From Malacoraja senta (Eukaryota): DNA of 64,000 nt. The position numbers and the translations under genes are program-made. Numbering within the stretch: the first letter of the stretch is position 1; each line of letters opens with the position of its first letter. Of the stretch, positions 57,901 through 64,000 are shown in pieces. The stretch lies in contig CM075994.1 in NCBI GenBank assembly GCA_038087875.1, forward strand, positions 4,030,001 through 4,094,000, in the 5' to 3' direction. The notes under the pieces were generated by a model, which made no database searches, was not told the DNA's origin, and saw only the letters and a list, made by a program, of their open reading frames with translations.

Positions 57901-60900
57901 GGTAGAAACCCTGAAATGATACTGCAATCACTTTAACCTGAGTCGAAAATACACTTAAATTTGAATTAAAAAACAATGAGAATTCCACGGATTTTCATTG
58001 GCTTTGCATTGCTTACAAAGTGGGAGTCGTGAACAGTTCATGCATGATTACCACGGCGGGCGGTGGGGCTGCAACAGTCATTGCTACTACATAAAGAAGT
58101 GTGCAACAAAAGCTCTTAATATAATTTTACATTACTTATATTTATTTTAATTAATGCGCGGGATTTTTTCTTTAGAACTTGAAGAACTTCGTCGACAGAA
58201 TAGTAAGCTATACTATCTGATGATCACAATTTCCACCAACCATTTTCTTTTCCTGTGGTATTCAGAATGACGGTAACGTTGCAGCACTGATATTTATATA
58301 TTTATATATTCCCGTAAATTAGAAAGCACAGTTGAAATTCATGCAAAACGTGAAGTATTGGAATCAATGGCGCAGAATGGAAATGCAAATAAATAATAAC
58401 GTTCAGTTTGTTTTGAGCAGGCTCGTTGAAATAAAACAACATTAGATTCATCAGGTTACATCAATGCAAATTGTCCCAACAAAAAAAACATGTTAGTATT
58501 GATCACAATCAGCATCAGGTAGAAGCTAATGTCATAGTTTGAATTTCAATGGGCCGTAATTTAACTAAATATATCGGAAATTTACCTGGCCAAAGTGCAT
58601 CGACCATAGGGATTGGCTGAGGGGACCAGGGAAGTAAAAGCATGAAAATGCATGTCCGTGTTAATTCCTCGCAGTTGCACCAAATGTTATCAGAGTAACA
58701 ATTCATTAACACGAGCTCGGAAAAGTACTATTCATTTTTTTAAATGTGCTGCATTTTTGATGTTTTCTTTCAGGTAGATCCGTGCAGGAATGCGGTAAGA
58801 ACGCAAAACCAAATCAAAGATAAATATAATTTCAAACTGAGACTTCCTCTGTGCGTCGTTTAACTGTCCGCTTACATATTTTCAGAGAAAGAACTTTATG
58901 CAGCCAAATCAGGCACGTAAATATAAAATGACTTGGAAGACTTACAAAATGTAATTTCCGACAAAATGCAACAACAGACAACAGACAATAGACAATAGGT
59001 GCAGGAGGATCCCAGTCGGCCCTTCGAGCCAGCATCGCCATTCAATGTGATCATGGCTGATCATCCCCAATCAGTACCCCGTTCCTGCCTTCGGTTCGCA
59101 AGCCACGAGAACACATCCCAGACAATAACCATTACCGTGATTTTATTTAATTCGACTGATAGATGTTGTCTCACGATCTACAGAATATCACCAGGGACAA
59201 TAATTAAGCACAAGCAACTATAGCACTATTCCCAGATTTTTTTTCCCCAAGAAAAATATTGTTCAAATATAAAAATTGTCCCCTTTTGGTTTTCATGATA
59301 TATATTTCAATCATCCAATCCTGGAGTGCAGCATACGCAGCGCAATCGATACGCAAACACCTGAAATCAGACTTATGCAGATAACGTTGTGTAACCGGAA
59401 GAAAAATGTCATTGGCACAACGTCTAATAAGAACTGACGGAACATTTCTCCTCTGCTGTATGAATGTATTGCGATTGTCGTGTTATCCGAATTATAGTAG
59501 TAACATATATGGGGAAACATATCATTTTATCAGTTAATTAAAATTAAGGAGCAGCGGTATTGAATTCCAAATGGAAGCTATGAAAATTATTGTTTTGTAA
59601 TTTCAGAACTTGAAACTATTAAATCTGCGCTGAAGTCAGCAAGTAAGGGATTTCTTCTCCTGATGGTTGCGGAAATTTAAACCCAAAATACGTGGAAAGT
59701 CGGGATATCTGTGGAGAATTAATATGCATCTGAGAGGGAATTGGTTACAGAGAAAATACAGAACGAATTAAATGAGAGATTGATTTGAGAGATAGCATCA
59801 AAACAATGGGCGGCAAAGCATCATTCCATGCCGTTAGGAAATTAAACGACGAAATCGCAAATCTTTGAATTCATCTACAGCTTGCCTGAAGTGCAATATC
59901 AATAAAAAATGACAAACCTTCAGTATATGAACTTTTTGATGGAGTCTAATAAATGACAACTAATTGTATAATCCCTCATCGTCAAAACGCCCACTAATGG
60001 TCGACATGCTCTCTTCGCAAATAAAAAATAATGTGTCAGAAACGAAACGAAAACTGAATTTTGAATTCAGAAACTATATATTCGCATTATATGCAGAAAA
60101 TCTACATTTATCGGGTTAACCTATTCGTCCAGAATTTCTTCCACGTCATTGTCGAGGTAGATATATATGTCATCTAATACTATGCCAACATCTATTACTA
60201 TTGGCAGAACGTGGCTGATATCCGTTGTGCGGCCCATATTAACATATTTTACATTCATCGTTGTATTTTCCAAGACCTAACATTTCCATGGGTTCTTCAA
60301 AAATGTGCCCCTGATAGAGCAGGGGTTCCCAACATTTTTCGTCCGGTTTACCCTGGCAACCTTAATAGCACATAACATTGTTATTTCACTTATTTATGCG
60401 CAATTAATGATGAACATATACCAGAACCAAACACTGTCAGTCAATGAGAAAAAATATGTACAAAATCCAGAATCAACAAATTTTTAACCTGGGTAGGCGA
60501 AACTTACCGCATGGGGTTAATATTTACCCCAGGTTGGGAGCCCTTTTGATAGAGAAACAAAAGGTATGCCACTCCAATTGACTGCGTACAACTATGTTGA
60601 GTAATTAATGAATAAAAGGTTAAATCTGTCTTGGTTAAACTGGATATGAGAAATAGGGAGAAGAGTGCGGAACAAATTATATGCATTGTCAAGCAGCGCT
60701 CTTGTTTTACCCATGGAAAACCTGTCTAATTTAACTGGAGTGAACTCTGGTATTTTTGTATCGCACCTCTAAATCCTTTTTATTTTATTCTTCAATGTAA
60801 AGGAAAATGCTCAGAATACGTACTAACGTCGACATTTTATCCCAAAAGAGACTGATTTGCAAGTCAAAGAGGATGGTAATTAACACTAATACAGTTTTAA

Positions 60901-63193
60901 ATGCTATTTAAATGCTAATTTGGATCTATAACATTCACATTTTTGCAAGCTAAAAGTTGACCAAAATGTATTTGTTGGCATTTTCAACTCAGAACTTCAG
61001 AAACATGTAAAGAGCGATGGTGAGTGACAACAACATACCGCACGATTTTTCGCTGATTCATCTTGAAAAATGCCGAAACAGGCCTGCTGAAGCAACAAAT
61101 GTACATATTATTGCGACTCAATTCACCTCATTTGAAAGTTATTAAAATGTTGGAGACAGATAAGCCAATTTAGACAATGCCAAATGTCCCACTCCCCAGC
61201 CTTTCAGGGTAACATACCTATCGATGTTTCACGATCTTAAAATCCACAGGCCCCGCTGTTGCAGATTCGATCCCCGGCAAAGGGATCGCAAGCTCCGCGA
61301 TGTTAAAGTCCCACAGACTCCCGCGGCTTGGAGCGCCGGGTCAGTCTCGAGGAAAGGTCGCCAACTCCACGATGTTAGGCCGTAGTGCGGACGGAGATAC
61401 GATACGGAAAATAATCGCATCTCCGTCGAGGTAAGAGAGTGAAAAAAGTTTCCCCCAATCTCCCCCCCCCCCCCCGCACACCCCCCCAACATAAAACCAA
61501 CCAAGGTACACTAAAACATAATTTAACACTACCTTAAAATAACAAAACCATAAGAAAGGACAGACATTGGTGAGGCAGCCATTGCTGGTGGCGCCACTGG
61601 CGCAGTATTAAATCACCCATATTCTTTGCAACAGCGCCGCTTCCAATATTCTGCTAAGTGATAGCCTGTGATGGCATTCTAATACACGTATTGTCAGAAG
61701 ATTTTTTTTTTGTTCCATGCCAATCTTGCGCATGGTCAGATGGACTACATTTAAGTAAATATCGAAAAGCGAATATGAGGGAAAAGAAGAGACAAGACCA
61801 CGACATAAGAAATCTTGTGCTCAACTGCAGGAGAAGGGAATAAATGAATAACAAAGATAAGAACAGTATGACATTTCAACTTTGTCGTTGTTGCTTAATG
61901 CAAGTTGTTTCAATTTTTATACGTTGCAGAGGAACAGATACGTGAAACACAAGAGGGTAAAACAATTCGTTTTTATCAATTTTCAACCATCGTTTCTGTG
62001 GCTGGTATGAATGTAGAACAAATGCTGTGAAGAAATGCTGCCATTGTGTCAGTGTCAGACAAAAGTGTTTTATGAAGGACCCGTCATGAACATAGTGGAA
62101 TGCGAGGAAGCATTGAGGGACTGGGTGAGCTATTCCTGGTGCCTGCGATCTTGCACTTTCCTATGCAATTAAAATTATTCTTACAATGTCATTGGGCTGA
62201 ATGATAAGCGGCTGTTCTGTGGCGAGTTGTCGATTATCTGCACTGCTCATCAGAATGGACAAGACATTCAGCATCGCACCGAACACAATTGAATTTCAAA
62301 CCACGTGCGAGGACAAATGTCGACGCACGCGGTCAGTATCCCTGCCGGTTGATTTTTTTTTCTAAGATCTAATTCCGAAAGCTGAAAGCACGGAAACTAC
62401 CCTCTTCCCCAGCCTCTCCGCAGCCAGGCCACATTATGTTAATTGAGTTCACTCGACTACAGTTAAATATAAATATATGTGTATTATAATTCACATAATG
62501 GTTTAATCTACCAACATATATAATGACCGTCCTTTAAAAAAAGTGAGATGTTTTCTTTAGCTGAAATATTCAAATTATTTAAGTATTGTTCAATCGAATA
62601 TGTTTGCAAAGGACTTCAGACAAAGGCATGAGGTTTCTGCCTGTTAAGGCCTGATCAACTGCGTTCTGTTACTCCTCGCGTCAGGCCATAGCACTGCACA
62701 TCACTTGAGAATTCCACGGCTGAAATAAGATCATTTTACGATCGTTTTCAGTCTTATTTTTTAATAATAAATATTTAATTTATCGTAAAAATTGCAAGAG
62801 GTACACTTTTTCTACAGGGACAAACACACATTTGATTGGCACTTTAAATGTTACCATTGACCTAATAGATAACGATGATATATTTCCTAGAACGTAAGAA
62901 AATAGAAGCGATTCGACTGAACGTTGGTAAGAACACTGATTTCCCATGTATTTTATTGCTTTGGTTATTTACGTGAAAGCAATTCCCATTGTTTTATCGA
63001 TTAATCTAAGCTCCAACCGCATTTTCAAATAGACGCAATTTCACTAAATAACTGAGTCAAACGATCACAACTAAAATCCTTTTGTGCATTGCGCAATCAC
63101 TGATCTATGATATTATGAAATATTATTGAAAATATAACATGTAAAACTCTGCCTCTTATATTGTAGAGGAACTACTCCGTCGGCAGGAAACAG
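907..63193 (+). CDS. Internal part of a multi-micro-exon gene encoding a long coiled-coil protein (46 phase 1-1 exons of 18-36 nt, about 438 aa; both ends outside the window)
   Basis: Manual splice-site reading. Each exon has a pyrimidine tract plus AG, a GT donor, a length divisible by 3 and an open phase-1 frame. The joined peptide begins DKKLQEVET-ELRDLKEKIKVS and ends ERKKIEAIRLNV-EELLRRQET, with heptad-like Leu/Ile spacing. Confidence 0.9.
1800..1835 (+). CDS. micro-exon 36 nt ELRDLKEKIKVS
   Basis: gatttttag|AACTA...ATCAG|gtaaga. Confidence 0.88.
2361..2387 (+). CDS. micro-exon 27 nt ADGSLQAKF
   Basis: cttctttcag|CGGAT...ATTCA|gtaagt. Confidence 0.88.
3200..3223 (+). CDS. micro-exon 24 nt METLMQMK
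   Basis: ttctttctttag|TGGAA...GAAAG|gtcaga. Confidence 0.7.
4483..4509 (+). CDS. micro-exon 27 nt ELQRISRRF
   Basis: tcctcttttcag|AACTG...TTTTG|gtatgt. Confidence 0.85.
4995..5021 (+). CDS. micro-exon 27 nt EDNVETKMR
   Basis: aattgcag|AGGAC...GAGAG|gtaaac. Confidence 0.8.
5937..5972 (+). CDS. micro-exon 36 nt EIESLNMALQSV
   Basis: gttttgcag|AAATT...CGTAG|gtgagg. Confidence 0.88.
6695..6721 (+). CDS. micro-exon 27 nt ETKLRQKEA
   Basis: ttccttccaag|AAACT...AGCAG|gtgagt. Confidence 0.88.
6917..6943 (+). CDS. micro-exon 27 nt ELDTKCKTP
   Basis: cattttag|AACTG...TCCTG|gtgagt. Confidence 0.85.
7450..7670 (-). mobile_element. decayed tRNA-derived SINE
   Basis: similar to 34130-34320. Confidence 0.6.
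8315..8341 (+). CDS. micro-exon 27 nt DERTTDLRN
   Basis: tttttgccgcgcag|ATGAA...AAACG|gtaaaa. Confidence 0.8.
8525..8551 (+). CDS. micro-exon 27 nt ELDQLRQSN
   Basis: ttttttaaaaacag|AACTT...CAATA|gttagt; paralogous to exon 58176. Confidence 0.8.
9054..9080 (+). CDS. micro-exon 27 nt KDMLEKKDK
   Basis: tatttctgcag|AGGAT...CAAAG|gtaagt. Confidence 0.9.
10329..10364 (+). CDS. micro-exon 36 nt ELETLRSTLHDT
   Basis: tattctag|AGTTG...TACAG|gtgatt. Confidence 0.85.
11155..11495 (+). mobile_element. CR1 3' end fragment
   Basis: ESRTRGHRFKMKG; tail gggccgaagggcctgtttcc. Confidence 0.85.
13013..13039 (+). CDS. micro-exon 27 nt DQHEQCSIN
   Basis: attctttag|ATCAG...CAATG|gtgagt. Confidence 0.85.
13477..13494 (+). 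CDS. micro-exon 18 nt AQSLNV
   Basis: tttattttcag|CACAA...CGTGG|gtaaga. Confidence 0.75.
14627..14653 (+). CDS. micro-exon 27 nt ENETLQIKL
   Basis: cttgcttacag|AAAAT...ACTCG|gtaatg. Confidence 0.8.
14960..15280 (-). mobile_element. decayed CR1 3' end
   Basis: degenerate FTQNVASAGNAL, FKRILER. Confidence 0.65.
17636..17659 (+). CDS. micro-exon 24 nt ELKSKLKA
   Basis: catctccag|AATTG...GGCCG|gtaagc. Confidence 0.82.
19019..19054 (+). CDS. micro-exon 36 nt GEEGKDLAAKCI (or 9-nt GEE using the internal donor at 19028)
   Basis: atttacag|GAGAAGAAG|gtaagg, or extended to ...TATAG|gtacag. Confidence 0.7.
   Translation, partial: EKKVRTWLLNV
19195..19220 (+). other. 26-nt exon-like unit, 1 nt short (xLNFLLGQI if one base is restored)
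   Basis: tgtttgcag|GTTGA...GATCA|gtaagt; as written it gives GGT TGA (stop). Confidence 0.5.
20010..20323. mobile_element. partial PIF/Harbinger-like MITE
   Basis: CGACC/GGTCG-rich internal repeats; terminus AAGTGGGACAGG; other end missing. Confidence 0.55.
20813..20830 (+). CDS. tentative micro-exon 18 nt (x)KCWRL
   Basis: gctgac...tgcatttag|TTAAA...ACTAA|gtatgt; weak pyrimidine tract; not counted among the 46. Confidence 0.35.
   Translation, partial: LNVGD
21068..22163 (+). mobile_element. CR1-type LINE, 5'-truncated (RT C-terminus and 3' UTR)
   Basis: PQRSVLGPQIFTIYIN, KFVDDTKLGG; (TTCTATGT)n tail. Confidence 0.93.
22626..24201 (+). mobile_element. Tc1/mariner DNA transposon, full length, transposase disrupted
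   Basis: TA flanks at 22624-25 and 24202-03; TIR CAGTGCATTCAGAAAGTATTCAG / CTGAATACTTTCTGAACGGACGG; peptide remnants MKTKEL, ETKIELFG, VKHGGGSIM, FQSDNYPKHT, WPSQNTDLNSIEHL with frameshifts and stops. Confidence 0.95.
24675..25100. mobile_element. Penelope-type terminal repeats in inverted arrangement (non-autonomous element)
   Basis: arm 24675-24770 is the reverse complement of arm 24966-25060; motif CTGAAGAAGGGTCTCGACCCGAAAC; other copies near 405-495, 30180-30265, 31786-31880, 38760-38835, 48825-48880, 54120-54370 and 55590-55670. Confidence 0.75.
25649..25675 (+). CDS. micro-exon 27 nt (E/K)CKELLQKT
   Basis: tttttctttaag|AATGC...GACAA|gtaagt. Confidence 0.88.
26696..26722 (+). CDS. micro-exon 27 nt MRQILLKNA
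   Basis: ttgctttcag|TGCGA...TGCAG|gtaaat. Confidence 0.88.
27777..27812 (+). CDS. micro-exon 36 nt EIIQLQTKIKEA
   Basis: ctcttttctag|AAATT...AGCAT|gtgagc. Confidence 0.85.
28050..29100 (-). mobile_element. very decayed Gypsy-like pol/integrase remnant
   Basis: minus-strand remnants only loosely resemble integrase motifs; many stops. Confidence 0.3.
29240..29435 (+). mobile_element. SINE 3' portion
   Basis: gctggtcggcgtggactcggtggg...taaactaaactaaac. Confidence 0.75.
29875..29892 (+). CDS. micro-exon 18 nt SDSRIP
   Basis: ttatgccag|CGGAT...TCCAG|gtacag. Confidence 0.6.
31087..31119 (+). CDS. micro-exon 33 nt GSFNRDDEPFN
   Basis: ctctgac...tttcgttctcaacag|GCTCA...CAATG|gtaatg. Confidence 0.55.
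31434..31460 (+). CDS. micro-exon 27 nt ECKKLLQAS
   Basis: ttcttatcag|AATGC...GAGCA|gtgagt; paralogous to 25649. Confidence 0.9.
32262..32288 (+). CDS. micro-exon 27 nt MRQLLVKDI
   Basis: ttctctcgcag|TGAGA...TATCG|gtgagt; paralogous to 26696. Confidence 0.9.
32558..33737 (-). mobile_element. CR1-type LINE, 5'-truncated
   Basis: KFADDTKLGG, YRALVRSHLEYCVQFWSP; (TCTATTG)n tail. Confidence 0.95.
34035..34320 (-). mobile_element. tRNA-derived SINE
   Basis: B-box-like GGTTCGATCCC on the minus strand; (TAAAC)n tail; related copies at 7450-7670, 29240-29435, 36030-36200 and 49500-49650. Confidence 0.85.
34434..35484. mobile_element. non-autonomous DNA transposon, 1051 bp
   Basis: TIR TAGCAATGTTACAA / TTGTAACATACCTA; direct repeat AATGTAG on both sides. 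Confidence 0.85.
36660..36695 (+). CDS. micro-exon 36 nt EIGKLNARVQDA
   Basis: ctgttacag|AAATA...TGCTG|gtaagc. Confidence 0.88.
37373..37399 (+). CDS. micro-exon 27 nt EEGLRAKDA
   Basis: atcttacag|AGGAA...TGCAG|gtaaaa. Confidence 0.85.
37500..37745 (+). mobile_element. decayed CR1 RT fragment
   Basis: aagtttgtggatgatccgaagataggtgg resembles KFADDTKIGG. Confidence 0.65.
39415..39440 (+). other. 26-nt exon ELESLIMTK, 1 nt short of the expected 27 nt
   Basis: ctttcctctctcag|AACTG...CTAAG|gtaatc; occupies the third slot of a 36-27-27-27 module. Confidence 0.75.
39625..39850 (+). mobile_element. decayed CR1 3' end
   Basis: tttttcacacagacggtcgtg resembles FFTQRVV. Confidence 0.55.
40110..40875 (-). 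mobile_element. decayed CR1 internal fragment (endonuclease/linker region)
   Basis: reverse-complement similarity to 42953-43700. Confidence 0.7.
41235..41261 (+). CDS. micro-exon 27 nt (V)SDLRRKEQ
   Basis: ctcttttacag|TGAGC...ACAAG|gtaaat. Confidence 0.88.
41556..41591 (+). CDS. micro-exon 36 nt EIEKLKKSLQDA
   Basis: gatttcag|AAATA...CGCAG|gtgagt. Confidence 0.9.
42953..45495 (+). mobile_element. CR1-type LINE ORF2 (partial endonuclease, RT, 3' UTR), frameshifted
   Basis: EPTREKAILHLV, GSDHNML, NYRPVSLTSVVGKMLE, DFQKAFDKVPH, FADDTKLGG. Confidence 0.96.
45559..45585 (+). CDS. micro-exon 27 nt ESVVRKKDT
   Basis: catttgcag|AATCT...TACAG|gtaata. Confidence 0.85.
46010..46640 (-). mobile_element. 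nested, decayed non-CR1 LINE 3' ends
   Basis: (GATTCA)n and (TAA)n tails followed by tttatt, typical of antisense LINE termini. Confidence 0.45.
47476..48310 (-). repeat. retroelement 3' end with (TATCG)n tail plus GC-rich interspersed repeat
   Basis: microsatellite tail at 47476-47497; GC-rich body; a related GC-rich repeat lies at 61230-61600. Confidence 0.6.
48404..48430 (+). CDS. micro-exon 27 nt DMSDHLKTD
   Basis: tattacag|ATATG...CGATG|gtgagt; paralogous to 60993. Confidence 0.88.
49006..49032 (+). CDS. micro-exon 27 nt DEKLKEAKT
   Basis: branch site TACTAAC at 48981; tttttcttacag|ACGAG...AACGG|gtagga. Confidence 0.9.
49780..49815 (+). CDS. micro-exon 36 nt ELEQLEAIRADI
   Basis: tatttccag|AACTC...TATCG|gtgagt. 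Confidence 0.9.
49977..50003 (+). CDS. micro-exon 27 nt EKLLRMKDA
   Basis: ttttcatag|AGAAA...TGCCG|gtaaac. Confidence 0.85.
51163..52190 (-). mobile_element. CR1-type LINE, 5'-truncated
   Basis: SGVPQGSVLGPQLFVIYINDLD, FADDTKLGG; same tail as the 32558 copy. Confidence 0.95.
52374..52400 (+). CDS. micro-exon 27 nt EIKALQKSN
   Basis: tttatttgcag|AAATT...GAATG|gtatgt. Confidence 0.88.
52700..54020 (-). mobile_element. older CR1-type LINE fragment with an internal ~50-bp tandem duplication (53650-53752)
   Basis: FADDTKIFGG, LRPHFQYCEQLW. Confidence 0.85.
55022..55045 (+). CDS. micro-exon 24 nt ELKENCAT
   Basis: ttctcttttag|AGTTG...AACAG|gtgaat. Confidence 0.82.
55682..55965 (-). mobile_element. 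CR1 3' end fragment
   Basis: near-identical to the reverse complement of 45230-45490. Confidence 0.9.
56233..56652 (-). mobile_element. CR1 3' end, different subfamily
   Basis: IEVFKIMSGFDRVD, TRGHDLRI, FFTQRVVAVWNELP; (ATGGTTAT)n tail. Confidence 0.88.
57280..57315 (+). CDS. micro-exon 36 nt DEDKLSAIQRDI
   Basis: atatttcag|ACGAA...CATAG|gtaagt. Confidence 0.9.
   Translation, partial: TKISCQLFKET
57466..57492 (+). CDS. micro-exon 27 nt VQLLRLKDK
   Basis: tgttcacag|TGCAA...TAAAG|gtacaa. Confidence 0.85.
58176..58202 (+). CDS. micro-exon 27 nt ELEELRRQN
   Basis: ttttctttag|AACTT...GAATA|gtaagc. Confidence 0.88.
58774..58794 (+). CDS. micro-exon 21 nt SRSVQEC
   Basis: ttttctttcag|GTAGA...ATGCG|gtaaga. 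Confidence 0.78.
58975..59090 (-). mobile_element. CR1 3' UTR/tail fragment
   Basis: matches 51163-51270. Confidence 0.85.
59607..59642 (+). CDS. micro-exon 36 nt ELETIKSALKSA
   Basis: aatttcag|AACTT...AGCAA|gtaagg. Confidence 0.88.
60320..60546. mobile_element. hAT (Charlie-like) MITE
   Basis: TIR CAGGGGTTCCCAAC / GTTGGGAGCCCTTT; 8-bp TSD TGATAGAG. Confidence 0.88.
60849..60875 (+). CDS. micro-exon 27 nt KTDLQVKED
   Basis: branch site TACTAAC at 60821; ttatcccaaaag|AGACT...GGATG|gtaatt. Confidence 0.82.
60993..61019 (+). CDS. micro-exon 27 nt ELQKHVKSD
   Basis: ttcaactcag|AACTT...CGATG|gtgagt. Confidence 0.88.
61230..61600 (-). repeat. GC-rich interspersed repeat
   Basis: shares gctccgcgatgtt and poly-C/A-rich architecture with 47930-48310. 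Confidence 0.55.
61930..61956 (+). CDS. micro-exon 27 nt EEQIRETQE
   Basis: acgttgcag|AGGAA...AGAGG|gtaaaa. Confidence 0.82.
62891..62926 (+). CDS. micro-exon 36 nt ERKKIEAIRLNV
   Basis: tatttcctag|AACGT...CGTTG|gtaaga; paralogous to 49780. Confidence 0.88.
63167..63193 (+). CDS. micro-exon 27 nt EELLRRQET
   Basis: atattgtag|AGGAA...AACAG|gtacga; paralogous to 49977. Confidence 0.85.
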
Positions 63194-64000
63194 GTACGAT
63201 AATTCATTAAACAGACTTGAAATAGGCAAAATAGTAAGATATTAAAATTATCATACTGTAGCTCTTATCTGTTGTACGATATGATATTTAGTTGCACATG
63301 AACTCATCAAGACAACGCCCCTGAAAATGACCTTCCATCAAGATTCACAGCCCAAAACGTCTGCAATATCTAAATTAAGTAAAAACCTAAATAAGCTAAA
63401 TTCAAGGTGAAAATCAGTTCCTTCCATTCAGACTTATATGCCAAGTCATCGACACCTGTCAGATGTCCGGATTGTGGCATATAACTGTGGAGTTGATCAC
63501 TGTTACATATCTTCCATGTAATCGCTTAGGTCAACGTGACGAAGAATAACTATGTAACAGAGATCTGTTCCACAGGTAACCAATAGATCTAACGGGAATT
63601 CGGTGTGAGCAGAATTTAGGCAGCGATGCCGATTTGGACAGAATGTTATTCCCATCGTAATGCTGAGACCTCTTTACTTCTCGGTTTCCTTTCTCCGTGA
63701 AACCCACGACACATTTAGAACTAGTACTTTCGCTGTACTTTTGTTGAATACTGTAAACTTGATTCCAGTTTTAACTCAATTGTTTGGCCGCAAGAGGTCC
63801 CTGAAGATTTTGTCCGACAAGAGGTTTTCAAAGCGATCGTGGGCATCCGTGAGAACGATGATAATAATCTGTGTACTTTTCAAAGCAATTTACAATAATG
63901 TTACAAAGAATATATGCGATGCGAGTGTAATAAGGTGTAATACACTCGCAAAATATCAGAAAATAAGGAGATGAGCAGGTTGCATATTCAATTCAATTCA

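Noticed and set aside
907-63193. Naming the gene as triadin, a butyrophilin/B-G gene, CCDC7 or TSBP1
   Set aside because: Only architectural analogy. No diagnostic domain is in the window, the exon sizes differ from the 21-nt heptad pattern, and the peptide lacks triadin's KEKE composition.

Overview
Eukaryotic genomic DNA from a cartilaginous fish, most likely a skate or ray (inferred from the CR1-type LINE, tRNA-SINE and Penelope-terminus repeat content). The ORF track shows only transposon debris and noise. Reading splice signals directly reveals that the whole window lies inside one + strand gene built from micro-exons. I found 46 frame-preserving exons, all phase 1-1 with canonical AG/GT ends: 28 of 27 nt, 11 of 36 nt, 3 of 24 nt, 2 of 18 nt, 1 of 21 nt and 1 of 33 nt. 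Together they give 1314 nt, about 438 aa, with no stop codon. Two further exon-like units are 26 nt, i.e. one base short. The exons encode a long E/K/L/Q-rich coiled coil and, in the 3' half, recur in a 36-27-27-27 module. No start or stop exon is in the window, so the gene cannot be named. Introns contain many CR1 fragments, a full-length decayed Tc1, DNA-transposon MITEs, SINEs, Penelope-type termini with hammerhead-ribozyme-like cores and a very decayed Gypsy-like remnant.
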